From the NCBI GenBank assembly GCA_963702185.1, contig OY969723.1, positions 742,075-806,074 of the forward strand: a stretch of DNA of 64,000 bases. The letters run 5' to 3'. A model generated the notes under the pieces. It did not search any database. It was given only the letters and a program-made list of their open reading frames with translations, and had not been told where the DNA came from. Shown here piece by piece: positions 52,311 through 60,759 of this stretch. A program made the translations under genes and the position numbers. Within the stretch, counting starts at the first letter, position 1, and every line of letters starts with the position of its first letter. This stretch comes from an uncultured Solirubrobacterales bacterium. Lineage in GTDB: Bacteria; Actinomycetota; Thermoleophilia; Solirubrobacterales; Solirubrobacteraceae.

Positions 52311-53138
52311 ATGGGAGTACTCGACGGCAAGTCGGCCATAGTCACCGGTTCGGCGCGCGGGATCGGACGCGCGACGGCTGAGCTTCTTTCAGAGCAGGGC
52401 GCGCAGGTGCTGATCAACGATCTGGATGGCGACGTGGCCGAGCAGGCGTCCAGCGAGATCGCGGGCGAGACGGCGGTCTACGCGGGCGATCTGACCAAGC
52501 CGGGAGCCGCGGATGAGCTCGTGGCCAAGGCGATCGACGCGTTCGGCAAGATCGACATCATCGTCAACAACGCGGGCTACACAGTCGACGCGCCGGTGCA
52601 CAAGATGTCAGACGACCAGTTCCAGAAAATGCTCGACATCCACACGATCGTCCCGTTCCGCGTGATCCGCGCCGCGGCGCCCCACCTGCGCGAGCCGGCC
52701 AAGAAGGAGCGCGAGGAAGGCAAGGAGGTGTTCCGCAAGATCGTGAACGTCTCCTCCACGTCCGGCACGTTCGGCAACGCCGGCCAGGCCAACTACTCCT
52801 CCGCCAAGGCCGGTGTCGTGGGGCTCACGAAAACGGTCGCCAAGGAGTGGGGCCAGTTCAAAGTCAACGTCAACGCGGTCGCGTTCGGGTTCATCGACAC
52901 CCGCCTGACCCAGGCCAAGGTCGACGAGAACACGATGGAGGTCGGCGGCGAGCAGATCCAGCTCGGCATCCCCGAGCAGATGCGCCAGATGGCCGCGATG
53001 CTGATCCCGCTCGGCCGTCCGGCCACGCCCGAGGAGGCCGCGGGCGGCGTGTTCTTCCTGTGCACACCCTGGTCGAACTACGTCCACGGCCAGACGCTGC
53101 ACATCACGGGCGGGCTGTTCGGGGGGATGACGGGCTGA
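52311..53138 (+). CDS. Short-chain dehydrogenase/reductase (FabG-like)
   Basis: ATG 52311 is preceded by AGGAG (52296-52300). TGSARGIGRA, NNAG, YSSAKAG (YxxxK). Confidence 0.9.
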   Translation: MGVLDGKSAIVTGSARGIGRATAELLSEQGAQVLINDLDGDVAEQASSEIAGETAVYAGDLTKPGAADELVAKAIDAFGKIDIIVNNAGYTVDAPVHKMSDDQFQKMLDIHTIVPFRVIRAAAPHLREPAKKEREEGKEVFRKIVNVSSTSGTFGNAGQANYSSAKAGVVGLTKTVAKEWGQFKVNVNAVAFGFIDTRLTQAKVDENTMEVGGEQIQLGIPEQMRQMAAMLIPLGRPATPEEAAGGVFFLCTPWSNYVHGQTLHITGGLFGGMTG

Positions 53139-53139
53139 G

Positions 53140-53165
53140 CGGGAGGGGGGCAGGCCCCCCTCCCG
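53140..53165. terminator. Stem-loop CGGGAGGGGGG-cagg-CCCCCCTCCCG between convergent genes
   Basis: 11-bp perfect stem beginning 2 nt after the SDR stop. It is near-identical to the reverse complement of the hairpin at 51510-51535. Confidence 0.6.
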
Positions 53166-53237
53166 ACCACCCCCCCGCGATATAGGGCGCCGGCGACGGG
53201 CCGGCAAAGCCGGCCCTCTTGGCATCCTCCGAGCCTC

Positions 53238-53780
53238 TCACGGTCCGCGCATATCGAACTGGCACCCTGAGAAGTAGGCCCCGGCGGGCGAGGCGAGGTA
53301 GGCGGTGAGCGCCGCCGCCTCGTCCGGCTTGGTCGTGTCGCCCAGGGCGATCGTCACGGTCGTGATGCCGTGGCGCGCCCACTCGATCGAGAGTGTGCGG
53401 GCCAGGTTCTCCAGGCCCGCGCGGGCGGCGTCCGCGTGCTCTCCAGCCGATGGCGGCGGCGCGAGGTAGACGATCCGCCCGCCGCGTCCACGCCCCTCGC
53501 CGGTGCCCTCGCCCTTGCCCGGCAGAAACGATTGATTGGCCGCGCCGTGCGTGGCGTCCCACGCGCCGGCGAGGCAGCCGTCCAGCCCGCCCGCGGCGAA
53601 CAGATCGGCCCCGTCCACGACCAGCACGTCGACCGCCCCCTCCTCGGCGCCGCCGCGCTCGCATGCCTCAGCGCCCAAATGATCGCCCGCCTCGCGGACC
53701 GCCTGTCCGTACGCGCCCTCCCCGACGACGGCGATCCCGAGGCCGTCCAGCAATCCCGGACGCAGCAGCTCGCCAACCAC
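53238..53780 (-). CDS. Short SDR-like protein that appears to lack the catalytic Ser/Tyr/Lys (possible pseudoenzyme)
   Basis: 180 aa. The SDR-like C-terminal half is LARTLSIEWARHGITTVTIALGD ... YLASPAGAYFSGCQFDMRG. The position of YxxxK reads ADAAR, and the Gly-rich NAD motif is degenerate. Confidence 0.45.
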   Translation of the reverse strand: MVGELLRPGLLDGLGIAVVGEGAYGQAVREAGDHLGAEACERGGAEEGAVDVLVVDGADLFAAGGLDGCLAGAWDATHGAANQSFLPGKGEGTGEGRGRGGRIVYLAPPPSAGEHADAARAGLENLARTLSIEWARHGITTVTIALGDTTKPDEAAALTAYLASPAGAYFSGCQFDMRGP

Positions 53781-53789
53781 GACCTCGAC

Positions 53790-54656
53790 TCAGGCGGGCG
53801 CCGGCGGCATCGGCGGCGAGGAAGCAGGCGGAGTTGGCGGAGTTGTGGGAGTTGGCGGAGTTAGCGGGGTCGGGGGGGTCGGCCCCGCGCCGCCCGAAGA
53901 GGCGCTCGGGTAGGTCGGCTCGCTCGGACCGCCGCCCGGGCCGGCGCCCGAGCCAAAGCCCGTCCCGCTCCCGCCGGCGTCGGGCAGCTCGCCGCGGGCG
54001 GTTCCGCCGAGCTCGTAGTAGAGCACCGCGGCCGCCAGAGCCGAGATCGGGGCGGTGAGGATCTGGACGACGATCCGCACGACGATGCCCACGGCGGTTC
54101 CACCGGAGTCGCCCACCGCCTCGATGATCGCCGAGACGATGCCGACGCCAACCACCAGCAGGACGATCACACCGAACACCTGCCAGCCGTTGCCGCGCAC
54201 GAGCTCGCGGCTGCGCCCGAGCGCCCTCAGCCCACCCGGGCGCTCCAATACGACGACCGGCGCCGCCACCGACCAGATCGTGAGCAGGATCAGGCCCGGG
54301 ATGACGATCAGGATGAAGCCGACCAGGATGCCGATGCCGGCGACGATCCCCACCAGGATGAGCTGACCGATCACCGGCGCGGCGGCCTGGAGCAGCTGCC
54401 CGACGGTGGCGTCGCGCCGGCCGTCCTGGACGTCGGCGACGAGCTCGACGACCATGCCGGTGAACAGCGTGGTGCCCACGATGATCACGACGAACGCGAG
54501 GATCGCAAGCACCGGAGCGATCACCACCAGCAGCGCGGAGAGGAGCCCGATCACCACGAACACGACCGCGGCCGCGCCTATCAGCACCCCGGCCTGGTCC
54601 CTGTAGATCTTGAACACCCGGCCGATGACCCCGCCGACTTCGATGTGGCTGCTCAC
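53790..54656 (-). CDS. Polytopic membrane protein with Gly/Pro/Thr-rich C-terminal tail, unknown function
   Basis: 288 aa with about 6 TM helices. The tail is PTPPTPLTPPTPTTPPTPPASSPPMPPAPA. Confidence 0.6.
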   Translation of the reverse strand: MSSHIEVGGVIGRVFKIYRDQAGVLIGAAAVVFVVIGLLSALLVVIAPVLAILAFVVIIVGTTLFTGMVVELVADVQDGRRDATVGQLLQAAAPVIGQLILVGIVAGIGILVGFILIVIPGLILLTIWSVAAPVVVLERPGGLRALGRSRELVRGNGWQVFGVIVLLVVGVGIVSAIIEAVGDSGGTAVGIVVRIVVQILTAPISALAAAVLYYELGGTARGELPDAGGSGTGFGSGAGPGGGPSEPTYPSASSGGAGPTPPTPLTPPTPTTPPTPPASSPPMPPAPA

Positions 54657-54793
54657 GTTGCGCTCCTCCGTGACGGTATGGATGGACCCAAGCGAGCTAA
54701 CGATACGTCAGGCCACGGCGGCACGAACCTCAGCCAGCAGACTCGACCGTCCGGGTGGGAAGACCCGCCCGCCGGCCAATATGGGGCCAACCG

Positions 54794-55600
54794 TCAGGCC
54801 ACGGCGGCGCCGGCGGCGCCGCGCTCGGCCGCCCGTCGCTGCGCCCGCGCGCGAGCAAGCGCGCCCCGGCGCCCGTGCTGTTCGAGGCCGACGTACAGCT
54901 CGCGGATCTCTGCGAGGATCGCGTCGGCGACCGCCTGCTGCTGCTCGCGCGTGGGCTCGGCGATCCGCTCGAAGCGCATCGGCTCGCCGTACTGGACTGT
55001 GACCTTGGGAAAGCGCAGGCGCTTCCAGTTGCGCACGCGCTGCGATCCGTAGATCGCGATCGGCACGATCGGAGCGCCCGTCTGAAGTGCCAGCCGCCCG
55101 ATCCCGGCCTTGGCCTTGGTGGCCATCTGTCCGCTGCGCGAGCGCCCGCCCTCGCAGTACATCGTGATCGCGCCTCCGCGCGCGAGGATCGTCTCGGCGG
55201 TGATGAACGTCTCCTCGTCGCGTGCCCCGCGCCTGACCGGGAATACGCCGCCGGGACTGTAGATGTGCTTCATCGGGAAGGAGAAGAGCTGGGACTTGGC
55301 CATGAAGCGGATGCGCCGGCGAATCGAGCAGCCCATCAGGAAGTGGTCCATGAACGAGAAGTGGTTGGGTGCGAGGATCACCGCGCCCGCGCCGGGAACC
55401 TTCTCGGAGGAGATCGAACGCACGCGCAGCAGCGTGTAGGCGTAGAGCGAGGTGACCATGCGCGTGGCCTCGTACACCCAGTTGGGCTCGCGCGTGCGGG
55501 CACGCTCGTGAAAGCGGTCGAAGTACTCCTTCGGCCGCGGATCGGCATAGACCTGTTCGCGCATCGGCGCAAGATCGGTCGGTCGCGGTTGATCGCTCAT
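54794..55600 (-). CDS. plsC: 1-acyl-sn-glycerol-3-phosphate acyltransferase family (LPLAT)
   Basis: NHFSFMDH (HX4D) and the EGGRSRSG motif. Confidence 0.8.
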   Translation of the reverse strand: MSDQPRPTDLAPMREQVYADPRPKEYFDRFHERARTREPNWVYEATRMVTSLYAYTLLRVRSISSEKVPGAGAVILAPNHFSFMDHFLMGCSIRRRIRFMAKSQLFSFPMKHIYSPGGVFPVRRGARDEETFITAETILARGGAITMYCEGGRSRSGQMATKAKAGIGRLALQTGAPIVPIAIYGSQRVRNWKRLRFPKVTVQYGEPMRFERIAEPTREQQQAVADAILAEIRELYVGLEQHGRRGALARARAQRRAAERGAAGAAVA

Positions 55601-55719
55601 CTGAGGGGACTACCTCGCACGGGGGCGGAGGTTACTCGCGCGGCGGCCGAGATCGCTAGATACGACCAACAACCCACCGTACGTGCCGATCACAGGAATT
55701 TGCCGGCGCCCGCAACGCG

Positions 55720-57336
55720 TCAACGCACTCCCCGCGCCCGCCCGAGCGCCTCGGCCCAGCCCGCCAGCAGCTCCGCGCGCTGATCGGCGCCCATCCGCGG
55801 CTCATATCGCGTGGGCTCGCCGGCGACGCACAGCGCCCGCACGTCGCCGATCGTCCACATCCCAGCCCCCACGCCCGCCAGATACGCGGCGCCGAGCGCG
55901 GTCGTCTCGGCGGTGTGAGCGACGAGGACCGGCACGCCGAGCACGTCGGCCTGGAACTGCATCAGCCAGCGATTGGCGCTGGCGCCGCCGTCCACGCGCA
56001 GCTCCGCAAGCGGCGTCCCGGCCGCCTCCATCGCGCGGATGGCGTCGACCGTCTGATACGCGATCGCCTCCAGCGTGGCACGCGCCAGGTGCGCGCGCGT
56101 GCAGCCGCGCGTGAGTCCCACGATCGTCCCGCGCGCGTGCGGGTCCCAGTGGGGGGAGCCCAGGCCGGTGAGGGCGGGCACGAAGTAGACGCCGTCGTTG
56201 GAGTCAAGCGACGCCGCGAGTGCTTCGGTGTCCGAGGCGCGCTCGATCACACCGAGCCCGTCGCGCAGCCACTGCACCGCGGCGCCCGTGACGAAGATGG
56301 CCGCTTCCAGTGCGTAGGTCGTCCCGGCCGTGGGGAGATTCGCGCCGCCCACCGAGGTGCTCGTGCCTGATCCTCTGCTCGATCGCGCCGGCCGACTTGC
56401 GCCGAGATCCCCTCCTTCGGAGCCCTGGCCGATCCGCCAGGCGACCGTCGAGAGCAGCCCACGTGGAGGCTCGGCGGGCGGGGTGAAGCCGGTGTTGAGC
56501 AGCACGAACGAGCCGGTGCCGTAAGTGTTCTTGCCGGCGCCCGGATCGACGCAACCCTGGCCGAAGAGGGCGGCCTGTTGATCGCCGGCAACGCCCGCGA
56601 CGGGGACCGCGTGGCCGTGCAGCGCCTCGGGGCGCGTCTGGCCCAGCCCGCCGACTCCGGCGCTGGCGAGGACGCGCGGCAACGCCCGCTCGGGGATACC
56701 GCCGAACAGGTCCAGCAGCTCCTGGTCCCAATGCCCCGAGCGGATGTCGTAGAGCATCGTGCGCGAGGCGTTGGAAGGGTCGGTGACGTGCTCGCCGGTG
56801 AGGCGGTGGATCAGCCACGAGTCGACAGTCCCGAAGACCGCCGTGCCGGCGTGGGCGCGCTGGCGCAGACCGTCCACGTTGTGCAACAGCCACTCGATCT
56901 TGGTGGCCGAGAAGTACGGGTCGAGCACCAGGCCCGTGCGGGCGCGCACGAGCGACTCATATCCGGCCGCGCGCAGCTCCCCACAGCGGCCAGCCGTGCG
57001 CCGGTCCTGCCAGACAATCGCGCGGTGCAGCGGCTCGCCGGTGCGGGGGTCCCACACGCAGACGGTCTCGCGCTGGTTTGCGATCCCGACGGCCCGCAGA
57101 TCCCCCGGGCGCACGCCTGCATCCGCGAGCGCATCGCCCACCACGGCGTGGGTCACGCTCCACAGCTCCTCCAAGTCGTGCTCGACCCAACCGGGCTGGG
57201 GAAAGTGTTGGCGAAACTCGCCGTAGGAGCGCCCGATCGGCTCGAGGCCCGAGCCCGAGTCCGGGTCCGGGTCCGGGTCCGGGTCATAGACGATGCAGGT
57301 CGTGCCGGTGGTGCCCTGGTCGATCGCGAGGATCAT
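55720..57336 (-). CDS. glpK: Glycerol kinase
   Basis: MILAIDQGTTGTTCIVYD..., PGWVEHD, GIANQRET, YALEAAIFVTGAAVQWLRD. It has two low-complexity insertions, one being (DP)4DSGSG near the N-terminus. Confidence 0.9.
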   Translation of the reverse strand: MILAIDQGTTGTTCIVYDPDPDPDPDSGSGLEPIGRSYGEFRQHFPQPGWVEHDLEELWSVTHAVVGDALADAGVRPGDLRAVGIANQRETVCVWDPRTGEPLHRAIVWQDRRTAGRCGELRAAGYESLVRARTGLVLDPYFSATKIEWLLHNVDGLRQRAHAGTAVFGTVDSWLIHRLTGEHVTDPSNASRTMLYDIRSGHWDQELLDLFGGIPERALPRVLASAGVGGLGQTRPEALHGHAVPVAGVAGDQQAALFGQGCVDPGAGKNTYGTGSFVLLNTGFTPPAEPPRGLLSTVAWRIGQGSEGGDLGASRPARSSRGSGTSTSVGGANLPTAGTTYALEAAIFVTGAAVQWLRDGLGVIERASDTEALAASLDSNDGVYFVPALTGLGSPHWDPHARGTIVGLTRGCTRAHLARATLEAIAYQTVDAIRAMEAAGTPLAELRVDGGASANRWLMQFQADVLGVPVLVAHTAETTALGAAYLAGVGAGMWTIGDVRALCVAGEPTRYEPRMGADQRAELLAGWAEALGRARGVR

Positions 57337-57427
57337 GGCGATGCGAGCCTACTGGCGCGCGCCCACCGGAGACCCGTCATGCCCGGTAAGTCCCCGTTCG
57401 GGTCCCCGCTCGGCGAGCTATCGCGCC

Positions 57428-58150
57428 TCAGCGACCCAGATACACCCGCACGCAGTCAAACAGCTGCCGCCCGCGATGCGCAAAACCGGCGAGTGTGCGG
57501 CCGGTGGGGCGGTGCGAGAGCTCGAGCGGGACCTCCAAAAGACGATGCCCGGCGCGCACGGCGTCGATAGTCATGGCAAGCTCCATGCCGTAGCCGGGCG
57601 CGAACGGCAGCACCTCGCGCAGCACGCCCACCCGCATGGCGCGCTGCCCGGAGAGGGGAGCACGGGTGGACAGGCCGCAGCGTCGGCGGATCGCCCAGCG
57701 CGCGAACGCGAGCGCGATGCCAAGGCCGCCGCTCGCGCGCGTGGAGAACGCCGCCACGACCAGATCGGCACCGCCGCGATCGACCGCATCGACGAGCGCA
57801 GCCAGCTCGCTGGCGCAGGAGCCGAGGTCGCCGTCGCACAGGAGGACGATCGGGTCATCCGAGTCAATACCCCCCAGCGCCGCCATGGCGGCCGCGGTCA
57901 TCGCCTGGCCCTTACCGCTGCGCCCCGCCGGCACCACCGTCGCCCCCGCGCGCTCGGCGATCTCAGCGGTGCCGTCTGCCGACCCATCGTCGGCGACCCA
58001 AACAGAGGCATCCGGAAACGCGCGCGCAAGCCCCGAAAGAGTCGCCGCGATGCGCTGCGACTCGTTGCGGGCAGCGACGATCGCGAGCACATGGGCGCGG
58101 GACACGTCGTCGCTGGGCACGCCGCTATTGTCTGCGACCGTTATCGGCAT
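57428..58150 (-). CDS. Family-2 glycosyltransferase (small, GpgS/MpgS-like size)
   Basis: 240 aa from ATG 58150. AIVAARNESQRIAATL, VWVADDGSADGT, LCDGDL. Confidence 0.65.
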   Translation of the reverse strand: MPITVADNSGVPSDDVSRAHVLAIVAARNESQRIAATLSGLARAFPDASVWVADDGSADGTAEIAERAGATVVPAGRSGKGQAMTAAAMAALGGIDSDDPIVLLCDGDLGSCASELAALVDAVDRGGADLVVAAFSTRASGGLGIALAFARWAIRRRCGLSTRAPLSGQRAMRVGVLREVLPFAPGYGMELAMTIDAVRAGHRLLEVPLELSHRPTGRTLAGFAHRGRQLFDCVRVYLGR

Positions 58151-58172
58151 GGGCTCCCCGGAGGTATGACAG

Positions 58173-58385
58173 GTGGCTGAGGTAGAGGCCCACATCACGG
58201 GCACGGTGTGGAAAATCGAGTGCGAGGTAGGCGATGAGATCGAGGAGGGCGACACGCTCGTGATCCTCGAGTCGATGAAGATGGAGATGCCGGTCGAGGC
58301 CGAGGATCCGGGCAAGGTGAGTGAGATCCTGTGCGAGGAGGGCCAGGCGGTCAGCGAGGGCGACACGCTGGTCGTGCTCGAGTAG
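58173..58385 (+). CDS. Stand-alone biotinyl/lipoyl-attachment domain protein (BCCP-like, 70 aa)
   Basis: GTG start. LESMKMEMPVEA contains the (A/S)MKM biotinylation motif. Confidence 0.8.
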   Translation: MAEVEAHITGTVWKIECEVGDEIEEGDTLVILESMKMEMPVEAEDPGKVSEILCEEGQAVSEGDTLVVLE

Positions 58386-58432
58386 TGCTGATTGTGGGTG
58401 TTGGGAACTGGCGATGAGCCCCGTCCGACCCG

Positions 58433-58593
58433 AGCCTGAATCCGCCGATCCCGCGGTCGTCTCGACGCCGGATGACGCGTCGCCATAGGCCATCGGCCTC
58501 GCTCCCAGGGGATCACCCTTGGGATGCTCCGCCGCTGTCCTCTGGCTTGGTCCCCGACGCCGATACTCAGCCCGTTATCGGTGGATTCAGGCT
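58433..58593. other. 161-nt intergenic element bounded by a 17-nt inverted repeat (structured RNA or MITE-like element)
   Basis: agcctgaatccgccgat (58433-58449) pairs with atcggtggattcaggct (58577-58593), giving 17 bp with one G-T. An internal hairpin cccaggggatcacccttggg lies at 58504-58523. Confidence 0.5.
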
Positions 58594-58649
58594 GAGGGCG
58601 CGCCTCGGGCAAAGCGATGGGCGTCCGTTCGGCTAGCCTTCCGCCTCGC

Positions 58650-59477
58650 ATGGACGAGCCCGATAAGAGACGTGAGCTGGCCGACGGCAAGCTGGTGGTC
58701 GACGAGCCGGCGGCCGGGGTCCTAAGGCTGACGATCTGTAACCCGGAGAAGCGCAACGCGCTCGACCATCCGATCCTCGACGCGATCGCCGCGACGCTCG
58801 GCGAGCTTGGCGACCCGCACGGACAGGCCCGCTGCGTGATCGTGACCGGTGCGGGCGGGATGTTCTCGGCCGGGTATGACATCGGCGAGATACCAGACGC
58901 CGAGTTCGAGGAGCGCGCGCAGGCGCTGGTGGCGCACCCGTTCACCGAAGCGATCGACGCGTTGGAGGCGTTCCCGTGGCCGACCGTGGCGGCGCTGCCG
59001 GGGCACACGATCGGCGGGGGTCTGGAGCTCGCGCTGGCATGCGATCTGCGCGTGGCGAGGGAGGGCATCAAGCTGGGCATGCCCCCGGCCAAGCTCGGGC
59101 TGGTGTACTCGCACACGGGGGTGAGAAGGTTCATCGACGCGATCGGCGCGGCGCGCACACGCGAGCTGTTCCTGCTGGGCAGCTACATCGACGCCCAGAC
59201 GGCGCTGCACTGGGGACTAGTCAACCGCGTGGTGCCGGCCGAGGAGCTGGAGTCGAGCACGCTCGAGTTGGCGGGCGAGCTGGCCGGCAACGCGCCGCTG
59301 TCCCAGCTCGGCAACAAGCGCGTGATCGCGGCGCTGCTGGCGGCCGAGGGGGAGCTGGAGGGGGAGGTCGAAGCGGAGCTGATCGAGCTGCGAAGGGCGT
59401 CGTTCGCCTCCAAGGACATGCGCGAGGGCATGCGCGCGTTCGCGGACAAGCGCGCGCCGGTGTGGCGAAACGAATAG
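58650..59477 (+). CDS. Enoyl-CoA hydratase/isomerase (crotonase) family
   Basis: LTICNPEKRNALD, FSAGYDI, GHTIGGGLELALACD. The start may be ATG 58617 or ATG 58650. Confidence 0.85.
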   Translation: MDEPDKRRELADGKLVVDEPAAGVLRLTICNPEKRNALDHPILDAIAATLGELGDPHGQARCVIVTGAGGMFSAGYDIGEIPDAEFEERAQALVAHPFTEAIDALEAFPWPTVAALPGHTIGGGLELALACDLRVAREGIKLGMPPAKLGLVYSHTGVRRFIDAIGAARTRELFLLGSYIDAQTALHWGLVNRVVPAEELESSTLELAGELAGNAPLSQLGNKRVIAALLAAEGELEGEVEAELIELRRASFASKDMREGMRAFADKRAPVWRNE

Positions 59478-59594
59478 CCTGCGCGACCAATCCGCCTTCT
59501 CCGGCCGCCCACCCACACGTGCGTAGGCGTCGGCGAGCAGCGACCCATCCCACCTGTAGACCATGCCGTCCGCAATGGACCGTACCGTGAGCAC

Positions 59595-60752
59595 ATGCCC
59601 CCGCTGATCACCCCCCAAGAGGCCAGAGAGCTCGGGGAGATCGAGGATCACGCGCGGATCGAAGCGCTCGTGGAGCGCGCCTGGGCCGCAAGGGTCGAGA
59701 GGTTCCAGGACGCGACGGATATGTGCTCGCTGGTCAACGCCAAGTCCGGCGGGTGCGCCGAGGACTGCGGGTTCTGCGCGCAGTCGCGGTTCGCGGAGGC
59801 GCAGACCCCGATGCACGCGATGATGGACCCAGAGCAGATCCTCGAACACGCGCGCGCCGCCGAGGCGGCGGGGGCACACCGGTTCTGCATGGTCACCCAG
59901 GGCCAGGGCCTGTCAAAGCGGGATTTCGAGAAGGTGCTGGAGGGCGCGCGGCTCGTGGCGGAGCACACGAATCTCAAGCGCTGCGCCTCGATCGGCCACA
60001 TGTCGACCGCAAGGGCGAAGGCGCTGAAGGACGCGGGGATACAGCGCGTGCACCACAACGTCGAGACGGCGGAGAGCTACTACGACGAGGTCTCCACGAC
60101 CGTCCGCTACGAGGGCCGCGTGCGCACGATCCAGGCGGTGCGCGAGGCGGGACTGGAGACGTGCGTCGGCGGGATTCTCAACCTCGGCGAGAGCAGAGAG
60201 CAGCGCGTGGAGATGGCGTTCGAGCTGGCGGCAATCAACCCGACGAGCGTGCCGATCAACCTGCTGAACCCAAGGCCGGGCACGAAGTTCGGCGACCGCG
60301 AGCCGATCGACCCGTGGGAGGCGGTCAAGTGGATCGCGATCTTCCGGCTGATCCTGCCCGAGGCGCTGTTCAGGCTGTGCGGCGGGCGCGTGGAGAACCT
60401 CGGCGAGCTACAGCCGCTGGCCGTGAAGGCGGGGCTGAATGGCGTGATGATGGGGAACTTTCTGACCACGCTCGGGTCTGCGCCCGAGGAAGACAGGGCG
60501 ATGTTCGAGGAGCTGGGGTTGAACACCGCGCGCCAGCCCGACAACGGAGCGAATCCCCGGCCGGACAACCGTTCGGGGTGGCTGGAAGGCGAGACGCCGG
60601 ACGTCGTCGATGAGCTGCTCGCGCAGGCGCCCAACCGCGAGATCGATCTGCAGGTGCGTATGTGGGACCCCTCGACCCAGCTGCGGTTCAAGGCCAAGCA
60701 ATCGGTACCACCCCGTCCCGACGGCGCGCCGAACAGAGTGCCGGTCGGCTGA
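59595..60752 (+). CDS. bioB: Biotin synthase (radical SAM) with C-terminal extension
   Basis: CAEDCGFCAQS (CxxxCxxC). VGGILNLGES. About 60 aa of extra C-terminal sequence. Confidence 0.9.
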   Translation: MPPLITPQEARELGEIEDHARIEALVERAWAARVERFQDATDMCSLVNAKSGGCAEDCGFCAQSRFAEAQTPMHAMMDPEQILEHARAAEAAGAHRFCMVTQGQGLSKRDFEKVLEGARLVAEHTNLKRCASIGHMSTARAKALKDAGIQRVHHNVETAESYYDEVSTTVRYEGRVRTIQAVREAGLETCVGGILNLGESREQRVEMAFELAAINPTSVPINLLNPRPGTKFGDREPIDPWEAVKWIAIFRLILPEALFRLCGGRVENLGELQPLAVKAGLNGVMMGNFLTTLGSAPEEDRAMFEELGLNTARQPDNGANPRPDNRSGWLEGETPDVVDELLAQAPNREIDLQVRMWDPSTQLRFKAKQSVPPRPDGAPNRVPVG

Positions 60753-60759
60753 GAACAAG

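Noticed and set aside
58411-58485. 24-codon ORF (MSPVRPEPESADPAVVSTPDDASP) inside the inverted-repeat element.
   Set aside because: It has a weak ribosome-binding site and an acidic/Pro-rich composition with no features of a real peptide. The RNA/DNA structure explains the region better.
58151-59158. Upstream extension of the 576-aa ORF 57428-59158.
   Set aside because: Only the last 240 aa (from ATG 58150) look like a GT2. The extension is Ser/Ala/Pro-rich and antisense to the biotinyl-domain and crotonase genes.
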